64,000 nt of DNA, taken from the NCBI GenBank assembly GCA_965183885.1, contig OZ238992.1:500197-564196 (forward strand), in the 5' to 3' direction. The translations under genes were made by a program, and so were the position numbers. Under the pieces are notes generated by a model. That model saw nothing but the letters and a program-made list of their open reading frames with translations. It was not told the DNA's origin and ran no database searches. The stretch's first letter is position 1, and the number at the start of each line of letters is the position of its first letter. This document shows, piece by piece, positions 27,160 through 35,344 of the stretch. This stretch comes from Flavobacteriales bacterium (lineage in GTDB: Bacteria; Bacteroidota; Bacteroidia; Flavobacteriales; BACL11).

Positions 27160-28406
27160 TTAGAGTTTCCAGGTAGATTCTTTATAAATCCCTTTAATGT
27201 CCAAAAGTACCAATTTTTCTTTTGATAGCTGAATAAAATCTGCAGGAGTATAAGTAAGAAACTCATCGTGACCCACTGTTACAATTATAGCATCGTATTT
27301 AAGCTCATCACTAATAGGGTTTGAAATAAAATCCAACCCTTCAGAATCTTTAACATAAGGTCATAAATACTTACATTACAGGAGAACTCCTGTAGTCCTT
27401 TTGCAATTTGTGTAACTTTAGTATTTCTAGTATCTGAACAGTTTTCTTTAAACGTATAACCCAATAACAAAACATCTGCACCTTTTATTACCTTATTTTC
27501 CGCAATCATTAATTTAATTGCTTTATTTACAATAAAATTAGCTACACTATTATTTATCTTCCTTGAAGAAAGCATTAAATTTGGCTTATAACCTAACTCT
27601 GCTGACTTAAAAGTTAAATAATAAGGATCTACTCCTATACAATGCCCTCCAACCAAACCTGGTTTAAAGTCTAAGAAATTCCATTTAGTTCTTGCCGCAG
27701 CTAAGACCTCCGAAGTATCTACACCCATTCTATCAAACAACATTGCCAACTCATTTATCAATGCTATATTAACATCCCTCTGAGTATTCTCAACAACCTT
27801 AGCTGCTTCTGCCACCTTAATACTAGGAGCTTTATAAGTTCCTGCGTCAATTACCTTGCCATATAAGCTATCTACAACATCAGCAATCACAGGGGTAGAA
27901 CCACTAGTAACCTTTATAACATTTTGCAAGCTATACTCCTTTGCTCCAGGACTAATTCGCTCCGGACTATATCCACAATAAAAATCAATATTATATCTAA
28001 GCTTTGAACACTCTTCTAGTATAGGAACACAAATCTCCTCGGTCACTCCTGGATACACAGTAGATTCATAAATTACAACATCTCCTTTTTGTAAGTATTT
28101 AGCAATAAGTTCAGAGGCAACCTTAAGAAATGATAAGTCAGGAAGGTTATCTTTAGTGACAGGGGTTGGAACAGTTACAATATAAATATTTGCCTCTGCA
28201 ATATCCTCAGCATTAGCTGAGAACACTAAGCTATCATTCTCAAACAAACTAGTTTCAAGGTTGCTATCAACACCTTTTTGAAGATCAGCAATTCTCAAAG
28301 TATTAACATCATAACCGACAACACTATAATGTTTTGAAAAAGCTAAGGCTAATGGTAAACCAACATAACCTAAACCAATTATTGCTATTTTATTTTCTAT
28401 TGCCAT
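27160..28406 (-). pseudogene. UDP-N-acetyl-hexosamine (ManNAc/GalNAc) dehydrogenase, WbpO/Cap5O/VipA family, interrupted by a 1-nt frameshift near 27358-27362
   Basis: MAIENKIAIIGLGYVGLPLALAF... The track ORF ends in an aberrant tail ..IYDLMLKILKGWILFQTLLVMSLNTML*. The adjacent frame continues with the family-typical YVKDSEGLDFISNPISDELKYDAIIVTVGHDEFLTYTPADFIQLSKEKLVLLDIKGIYKESTWKL* (stop at 27160-27162). GACCTT where GACCCTT would restore ..YDPYVKD.. Confidence 0.75.
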
Positions 28407-28411
28407 AAAGT

Positions 28412-28433
28412 AAAAAAGCCCCAAAGGGGCTTT
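28412..28433 (-). terminator. Rho-independent terminator downstream of gldN
   Basis: On the minus strand: AAAGCCCC-UUU-GGGGCUUU followed by UUUUUU. The stem is a perfect GC-rich 8 bp. It lies 28 nt after the gldN stop. Confidence 0.8.
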
Positions 28434-28460
28434 CTAATAATTAAATCAAATCTCTTTGGA

Positions 28461-29360
28461 TTAGTATTCCCAAAGATCGTGCTCAATATTAAAGATTTCA
28501 GTTTTAATTCTTTCAGATTCTAATAAGGCATCTAAACCAATCATATATTCACTAATCTTTCTATCCATAACATTAGCTTCTTTTATAATTGTAGATGAGA
28601 ACATTCTTTTCCAGAAGATATCATCATAAGTTCTTCTCTCAGCATCATTTTTAACTAAATTAAATACTTCAGCATTAATAAGTACTTCTCTTGCTTCAGG
28701 GAAATGTATCCAAAATAAAGGGGAGAAAGAACCCGTTAATTGCCCTGAAACTTCATCTCTATCTTCTTTTAATGGAGCAATCCCAATAATTCTTACATCC
28801 ATTGTTGATTTTTGTTTATCAAAAAACCATTGTTCTTTTAATCTCCATTTTTTTACCTGATTACGATCAAAAGCTTTCTTCACCAACTTATCTTCCATAG
28901 CTTCCTCCTCAGTCATTCCTTCAGCAACCTTATCCCAATTTACAACTTTTTCAATTTCTTCCTTAGCTCCACCAATCTTCTTAATTTCATCTTGAGTCAT
29001 TGGCTCTCTAAACTCATCATCCATAATAGCATTACCATAAGCAGTAATTGACCCCTCTTTAACAGCAGAATAAATTACATCAATCAAACTTTTCCTATCT
29101 TCAATAGTATGAGCTACACCATCATTTTCAGGATAATAAAATGGGTGATTTATCTTTTGTCTTAAATCAATTTCTCTCCATACTACACGAGACCACATTA
29201 CATCAGCCTCCCTAAGGTGAGTATATTTTTGCACCTTTTTATTATGATGTTTTTCTTTCTTATAAACTGAATTCATTTCTTCAATCGACAATACATCTTG
29301 TGCACTTGCACCTGTTGTTAGCAGTGTTGCAGTGATAAAAAATAAAATAATCTTTTTCAT
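28461..29360 (-). CDS. gldN: Gliding motility/T9SS protein GldN (PorN)
   Basis: Signal peptide, then ..HLREADVMWSRVVWREIDLRQKINHPFYYP.. Its position after gldM fits the call. Confidence 0.85.
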   Translation of the reverse strand: MKKIILFFITATLLTTGASAQDVLSIEEMNSVYKKEKHHNKKVQKYTHLREADVMWSRVVWREIDLRQKINHPFYYPENDGVAHTIEDRKSLIDVIYSAVKEGSITAYGNAIMDDEFREPMTQDEIKKIGGAKEEIEKVVNWDKVAEGMTEEEAMEDKLVKKAFDRNQVKKWRLKEQWFFDKQKSTMDVRIIGIAPLKEDRDEVSGQLTGSFSPLFWIHFPEAREVLINAEVFNLVKNDAERRTYDDIFWKRMFSSTIIKEANVMDRKISEYMIGLDALLESERIKTEIFNIEHDLWEY

Positions 29361-29365
29361 AATTT

Positions 29366-31060
29366 TTATTTAATTGTTAGTACTAAAGGATCAAGAGACC
29401 TTGTAGCTGTATTTTTAGCATCAACTCTTTTTGCTTTAATACTTGATATTGTTATACTATTTCCAGATTTTGTATTTTTAATAATACCTTCCATTTTATT
29501 AGTAAACTTAGGACCTCTAGCGATATCATTCTGTTGTTCACCCTTATACATTCCTGTAAGCTTATACGAAGTAATTACATACCTTACTCCTTTAAAATCA
29601 AAGTCTTTTAGTTTTGCAGACAATCCACCTGCAGTAACCATTTTCATTTTATCAATAAACAACTCACCTTTAACATTAGCAGTAAATGCTACTTCAGCTT
29701 TTGGTGGCGGAACTTCTTTTACTCTAAACTCCATTTCCCCCATTTTAGTACGCTTCCCTTCAACTTCTGCAAATAAACTTACCATTGCCTTTCCTTTTTT
29801 AGATGGACGAGCAGAATACTCTCCTAATGATTTCTTAATAGGAGCTACCTTTCCATTATTAATTACTGCAGAAATTTCACCAGCCGTATAACCAGGAACA
29901 GAAATTTTTAATGGATTATCAACTTCTAAATATAAGATATTCATATTAGTTGGAGAAACAACCGCTGTTTTAGCTGCTACAAGATATTCACCTTTAAAAG
30001 GGTACATCTTAGTTCCATTATCTGTTTTCATAGCAATAAGTCCTCCCCATTTTTTAACTCCTTCTGAAACAGTTTTTGCAGCAAACATTCCTTTTCCATT
30101 TACAATATCAACTGTTTCGTAATCACCAATCATTTCATATTGCCCATTACCAAGCGAATCATACTCCCCAACATAAATCATTGGTGCCTGAGTAGTATCT
30201 TTAGCCGATATAAATATTTGTGCTCTAAACGAATCTCCTTTAAGTACAAAATTAGAGTTAGGAATTTGTATTCCTTCAGCAGAAGTAAATTTCAATGACC
30301 CTGCATCAATATTTTCTCTTAACATATTAATAACATCAGCTTCAGTATTTCTTACATCCGACTGCATTTTTGAAAGCAATGTTAAAGCTCCTACAGAAGG
30401 CATGTCGTTAAAATTATAATTTTCCCATGTTACTCCTCCAACTCCTTTTTTACCTTTTTTATCCTCTACATTACAAATTGCATTAATATTTTCAATTAAG
30501 GCTTTGTTTCCAGCAGCAATTGCCACCAACAAGTCACTATAGTCAGTAACATTTTGCTTTAACTCACTTGCTTTCCCGGTAGCTATAAATAAAGTACCTG
30601 ACATGTCTCTATCATCCTTATTCTCTAAATTCCCGATTGATCTATGCTTTTGTTCATCATTTAAATCTGAGAAAGGAATTTCAAATATATTTTCCTCAAT
30701 CTCATCTCCATTTTCATCTTCATACTTTCCTAAACAAACTTCTCCATCAACACCTAAAACAAGGTCATACTTCATTTCTTGTATATATTCTACAAGTGCA
30801 TCAGCCTTTTTCTTTACTTCTAAAGCTTGATCTCTAAAAGGACCTGCTTTTACTGGGTTTAATTCAGCAGCAGCAGTAAATGCAGCATAAGTATCTCCAT
30901 TTTTAGCATTAAAGTTAGTCGTAGTTCTTTCTATACCTTTATTCACTTCAAAAAAGGAATTCAATACCTCTTTTGATACATTTAATGCAAGAAGCGCTGT
31001 AAGCACTAAATACATCATATTAATCATCTTTTGTCTTGGCGACAAATTACCTCCTGCCAT
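29366..31060 (-). CDS. gldM: Gliding motility/T9SS protein GldM (PorM)
   Basis: MAGGNLSPRQKMINMMYLVLTALLALNVSKEVLNSF is the canonical N-terminus. 564 aa. Confidence 0.9.
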   Translation of the reverse strand: MAGGNLSPRQKMINMMYLVLTALLALNVSKEVLNSFFEVNKGIERTTTNFNAKNGDTYAAFTAAAELNPVKAGPFRDQALEVKKKADALVEYIQEMKYDLVLGVDGEVCLGKYEDENGDEIEENIFEIPFSDLNDEQKHRSIGNLENKDDRDMSGTLFIATGKASELKQNVTDYSDLLVAIAAGNKALIENINAICNVEDKKGKKGVGGVTWENYNFNDMPSVGALTLLSKMQSDVRNTEADVINMLRENIDAGSLKFTSAEGIQIPNSNFVLKGDSFRAQIFISAKDTTQAPMIYVGEYDSLGNGQYEMIGDYETVDIVNGKGMFAAKTVSEGVKKWGGLIAMKTDNGTKMYPFKGEYLVAAKTAVVSPTNMNILYLEVDNPLKISVPGYTAGEISAVINNGKVAPIKKSLGEYSARPSKKGKAMVSLFAEVEGKRTKMGEMEFRVKEVPPPKAEVAFTANVKGELFIDKMKMVTAGGLSAKLKDFDFKGVRYVITSYKLTGMYKGEQQNDIARGPKFTNKMEGIIKNTKSGNSITISSIKAKRVDAKNTATRSLDPLVLTIK

Positions 31061-31094
31061 ATTATTTTATGTTTTTCTTAGTAATTTAAAATGA

Positions 31095-31742
31095 TTATTT
31101 ATTAGGATTCATTGCATTAAGCATATTTCCATATACTTTATTCAATTGCTCTAAATTATCTCCTAAACTACTTACTTGTTCTTGGAATTTTTTAGAATCA
31201 TCAACAGAAGATTGTAAGTTTTGTAAGAATATCGTTGTAGCTTCCATTTGTTGGTTAGAAGTTTGAAGTTGTAACTCATATAATGAATTTAGTGCATTCA
31301 TATTTTTCACACCTTCTTGTATTTGGCTATTGTATTCTGAAATTCCTGCTGCTGCAGAAACTGTTTCATTCAACTGTTTTGCTGATTCTCCAAAAGACCT
31401 TAAACCTTCATTTAAGCTTTCTACTAAAGCATTATCAATCTTAGCTTTTGCTAAAGCATCATCTAACTGTTGTGCTGGACGCTTTGCTGAATTAGGATCT
31501 TCCATATGAGCTAGCTCAGGATAAACCAATGACCAATCTACTTCTTCATGAGTTTTTTCAAATGCTGAGAAGAAAAATATTACAGCTTCAGTTAATAACC
31601 CTATTGTTAAAAATAAACCTGAAAATGGCCAGTGTTGGATTTTAAATAATGCACCAATAATTACAAGAGCAGCTCCCCACCCGTATAGTTTTGGCATCAT
31701 TGTTTTATACCATTTTGCATCTGTCATATTAGCTAATCCCAT
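31095..31742 (-). CDS. gldL: Gliding motility/T9SS protein GldL (PorL)
   Basis: Two N-terminal TM helices (YGWGAALVIIGALFKIQHWP...) and a coiled C-terminal part. It sits between gldK and gldM. Confidence 0.85.
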   Translation of the reverse strand: MGLANMTDAKWYKTMMPKLYGWGAALVIIGALFKIQHWPFSGLFLTIGLLTEAVIFFFSAFEKTHEEVDWSLVYPELAHMEDPNSAKRPAQQLDDALAKAKIDNALVESLNEGLRSFGESAKQLNETVSAAAGISEYNSQIQEGVKNMNALNSLYELQLQTSNQQMEATTIFLQNLQSSVDDSKKFQEQVSSLGDNLEQLNKVYGNMLNAMNPNK

Positions 31743-31778
31743 TGTCTTTCTTTTATTTAATTATTTATTAATTCTATT

Positions 31779-33089
31779 TTATTGAAAATCTTTCTTATCT
31801 CTTCCTAAGAAGTCAACTGCACATCTAAATCCTATATAACATTTTGCAGTATCTTGATATTCGAATGTACGTGTACTCGTTTGTATAAAGTAAGCAATGT
31901 CTTTCCAAGACCCACCTCTAATAGCTTTTCTTTTTAGCACTGCATGATCATCTTCATTTGCATCATAATGATAATCCATATTCATATCATGAGTATAAGA
32001 TAATGCAGACTCATCATAAGCATTTGAAGTCCATTCTGCAACATTACCTGCCATGTCATACAAACCATATCCATTAGGATTATAAGAAGCTACTCTAATA
32101 GACTTAATACCACCATCGGCAGTATAGTTACCTCTTAAAGGCTTAAAGTTAGCCAAAAAACATCCTTTTAAGTTACGTGTATAAGGTCCTCCCCATGGGT
32201 ATGGAGAAAAGTCTAAACCACCTCTAGATGCATACTCCCACTCTGATTCAGTAGGCAATCTAAACTCCGGCAAAGTTGGCTGCTTAGTTTTTCTTAAGAA
32301 ATCATTCATCATTTTAGTTCTCCATTTTGCAAAAGCAGTAGCTTGCTTCCAGTTAATCCCAACTACAGGATAATCATCAAAAGCTGAATGCCAAAAATAA
32401 TTCTTTGTATATGGATCATTAAATGAGTAAGCATAATCATGTATCCAAGCTAAAGTATCTGGAAAAATAGAAACCTCAACCTCAGATAAAAACTCACTTC
32501 TATCTCTTTTTCCAGGCGCATCCCCTTCTCTCTTAGCTTTAGCTGAAGCAGCTTGAACATCTAAGACCTGATATTTATAAATGTACTTTCTAGTATCAAA
32601 TTCTCTTCTTCCATCTAACCTTTCATGCTCTGGCAAATACATTTCTTCTTCTAGGATTTCTCTAACTTCTTGATCATCCCATCTAATTCTTGTATTCCAA
32701 TTAATCCTTGCTGGATCTAAGAAATTACCGTACTGATCTTCTTCAATAAGATGCCCTTCTATACCAGCTTCTCCTAAAATAGTATGAGCCAAAGAATCTC
32801 TTACCCAATTTGTAAATTGACGATATTCGTTATTTGTAATTTCAGTTTCATCCATATAGAACGCACCAACAGAAACAGATTTAGAAGCTGTTACATTGGA
32901 AAATGGAACATCTTGATCAGAAGGTCCCATTACAAAGCTACCTTGAGGAATAAACACCATTCCATAAGGATCAGTTGGATTCCAAATTTGTCTTTTTTGA
33001 GCTCCTACTAGTTCTCCGTTACCTGAACTACCACAAGCACTTAATAGTGCTACGACTGAACTTAATAATATTATTTTTTTCATATTCAT
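31779..33089 (-). CDS. gldK: Gliding motility/T9SS lipoprotein GldK (PorK), FGE-sulfatase/SUMF1 fold
   Basis: Lipobox LLSACGSS, ..GMVFIPQGSFVMG.., ..RGGSWKD.., ..GFRCA.. Confidence 0.9.
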   Translation of the reverse strand: MNMKKIILLSSVVALLSACGSSGNGELVGAQKRQIWNPTDPYGMVFIPQGSFVMGPSDQDVPFSNVTASKSVSVGAFYMDETEITNNEYRQFTNWVRDSLAHTILGEAGIEGHLIEEDQYGNFLDPARINWNTRIRWDDQEVREILEEEMYLPEHERLDGRREFDTRKYIYKYQVLDVQAASAKAKREGDAPGKRDRSEFLSEVEVSIFPDTLAWIHDYAYSFNDPYTKNYFWHSAFDDYPVVGINWKQATAFAKWRTKMMNDFLRKTKQPTLPEFRLPTESEWEYASRGGLDFSPYPWGGPYTRNLKGCFLANFKPLRGNYTADGGIKSIRVASYNPNGYGLYDMAGNVAEWTSNAYDESALSYTHDMNMDYHYDANEDDHAVLKRKAIRGGSWKDIAYFIQTSTRTFEYQDTAKCYIGFRCAVDFLGRDKKDFQ

Positions 33090-33122
33090 ATTTATTTATC
33101 ACAATTGTGAATTAAATCTATT

Positions 33123-34040
33123 TTATAAGAATCTTGGAGTTTTATATCTTGATATAGCTTTAGTTCTACTTATTTTAAAGTTATAGCCTATCATAACTTC
33201 CAAAGAATTACCTAAAGAATTAACTAAAGTAATATCATACCCAAGTCCAAGTCTTAAATCTTCATTAATATTCATTCCCCCTAAGAGAATTAACCCTTCA
33301 TCTAACCTATAACTAACGCCTCCCCACATCTTATTATTGTATATTAAATTAGCATTAATATCTAACTGAGAAGTAGAACCGTCAGACTTTAAATAGATTG
33401 ACGGATTTAAAGACAATACTGTATTTAACTCATGATAATATCCTGCAATTAAAAAATAATGCCTTGCTAATGAATATTGCGCTCCATTACTCCAATCTAC
33501 AATAGGCTCTGTTAAATGAGCAGATGAGATACCTATATAGGCATCTTGAGTGTTATAATAAATTCCTGCACCAAGATCTAATTTTGAACCTTTAACATCT
33601 CCGGTAGGAATAACAGGATCTCCACTAGTTGCTGGTTTTAGAAAACCTCCATCAAGCCCACTCTGATACATTCCCACAGACATACCCATACCTATTTGCC
33701 CAAGACCTAATTCAGTTCTGTAAGCGTAAGAAGCTTGTAACCCTAAATTGCTAAAACCTGCAATTTGGTCTTTTACAATATTTAAACCTACACCCCCAAA
33801 AAGAGAAGGCAATTCAGCATCAATACTAAAATTTTGTGTAGAAGCAGCAGCTCCATTATCATCGAATCCTAACCATTGAGATCGGTGCAATACAGATGTA
33901 GCAATAACACCTCTACTACCTGCAAAACCAGGATTATTAGCCAACTTATTAAACATATTCTGACTAAACTGAGGGTCCTGCTGTGCACTTACAAGAGTCA
34001 CAGTTAAAACACTTACGATTAAGAGTACTATTTTCTTCAT
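33123..34040 (-). CDS. porP: PorP/SprF-family T9SS outer-membrane protein
   Basis: MKKIVLLIVSVLTVTLVSAQQDPQFSQNMFNKLANNPGFAGS is the family-typical N-terminus. The C-terminus is beta-barrel-like. The track ORF starts 5 codons earlier, at 34055. Confidence 0.85.
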   Translation of the reverse strand: MKKIVLLIVSVLTVTLVSAQQDPQFSQNMFNKLANNPGFAGSRGVIATSVLHRSQWLGFDDNGAAASTQNFSIDAELPSLFGGVGLNIVKDQIAGFSNLGLQASYAYRTELGLGQIGMGMSVGMYQSGLDGGFLKPATSGDPVIPTGDVKGSKLDLGAGIYYNTQDAYIGISSAHLTEPIVDWSNGAQYSLARHYFLIAGYYHELNTVLSLNPSIYLKSDGSTSQLDINANLIYNNKMWGGVSYRLDEGLILLGGMNINEDLRLGLGYDITLVNSLGNSLEVMIGYNFKISRTKAISRYKTPRFL

Positions 34041-34183
34041 ATTTGGGTTGCCCATTGAAAATTTTTGGCGCTAAAATAAACAATTTTTAATTAAGCGTCT
34101 AAAATACTACCCACTATCTTATCAATTCAACTGAAATAAAAACCTTAAGCAAAGGCTATCCTACTAAACATCAAAGCATTCAA

Positions 34184-35344
34184 TTAAATAAACTTATTAA
34201 AAGTTTTTAACCACCTTTCGGGAACTTCTCCCTTATTTGCCAACTCATAATCACTGTAAGAACAAGCTACAAAATAGTTTTCTACCTTTTTTTCAGACTT
34301 AAAAGAAACGGGAACACCCATCCACCATCTACCACTACTTTTGCTTTTATAAAACACAATTTCATTCTTACCATCATCAAAAGCAACAGTATATTTTATG
34401 CAATTTTTCAAATTTGGATTTAACTCATTTTTTCTCATTTTATAACCATCAATAAAATACCAAATCATTTGAGCTATTAAATGAGCTGTTTGACTGTTAT
34501 TATCTAAATTTTGATCATATTCAAATAAACCAACAGCCGAAATTTTATCACTTAATCCTGCGTAATGCATTATTTTACATGCCTGCTCTCCATTTAAACC
34601 ATTAGGAGTACTATAAGCATTAGCAGCTGCATAAGAATGCTGAATAGCTGAGATATCAAAACTTAAAAAATCTGTATTTCTCATAATTGGTTCCACCTCA
34701 TGCAGATTAGCTTTTAAATCCCCCAATCGCAACACATCAAAATTCATAGCATTTAACATATCAACCGCTATAGGACTAACAAAGTAAGATTGATAACCTA
34801 AATTTGAATAATGAAATAAATGGCTAGGCTTATGACTGATCATTTTTCCTAAATGAGAGAATGATGCTAAATTATCCTCCTCTAATCCAATATCGAAATT
34901 CTTATCTACTACTGAAAGAGAAATAAATTTATTTAAAGAAGCATAAGCCTTATAAATAGCATAACTCACATCATGTCCCCCACCAATTACCACAGGTATT
35001 ATCCCATCATTTAGTAACGCCTTACAAACTTCTTCTATCTGCTGAAAAGAATCCTTCCTAGAAGACATTAAACGCAACACGCCTAAATCAACAACCCTAG
35101 GTAATTTAATGTAATTTAACTCATATAACAAGTCCCTAATCTTACATCTTTTCCTTGAAAATTTATTTTTTGACCCTTCATACTCAGGAACATTAAATAT
35201 TGCTATTTCAGCATATTTAACCTCTGGAGTAGAATTAGACGTATGAGTTTCAATTAACCTTCCTATTTGCGATGAAGACCAATTATTTCTAACTGAATAA
35301 ACATCAGAATCTAGAGGTTCAAAATAGGAGATTAGTTCTTTCAT
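34184..35344 (-). CDS. Arginase/formimidoylglutamase-fold protein with degenerate metal-binding motifs
   Basis: VVIGGGHDVS, VVDKNFDIG and LSFDISAI occupy the positions of the GGDHS, DAHxD and SxDxDxxDP motifs. Confidence 0.6.
   Translation of the reverse strand: MKELISYFEPLDSDVYSVRNNWSSSQIGRLIETHTSNSTPEVKYAEIAIFNVPEYEGSKNKFSRKRCKIRDLLYELNYIKLPRVVDLGVLRLMSSRKDSFQQIEEVCKALLNDGIIPVVIGGGHDVSYAIYKAYASLNKFISLSVVDKNFDIGLEEDNLASFSHLGKMISHKPSHLFHYSNLGYQSYFVSPIAVDMLNAMNFDVLRLGDLKANLHEVEPIMRNTDFLSFDISAIQHSYAAANAYSTPNGLNGEQACKIMHYAGLSDKISAVGLFEYDQNLDNNSQTAHLIAQMIWYFIDGYKMRKNELNPNLKNCIKYTVAFDDGKNEIVFYKSKSSGRWWMGVPVSFKSEKKVENYFVACSYSDYELANKGEVPERWLKTFNKFI

Noticed and set aside
27355-27365. Possible programmed ribosomal frameshift in the dehydrogenase gene
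   Set aside because: There is no slippery X-XXY-YYZ heptamer or downstream stimulatory structure. A single missing C in a C-run is more simply a mutation or a sequencing error.
28407-28424. N-terminal extension MGLFYF of the dehydrogenase ORF given by the track
   Set aside because: These codons lie inside the gldN terminator hairpin and U tract. The family-typical N-terminus (MAIENKIAIIGLGYVG) starts at 28406.
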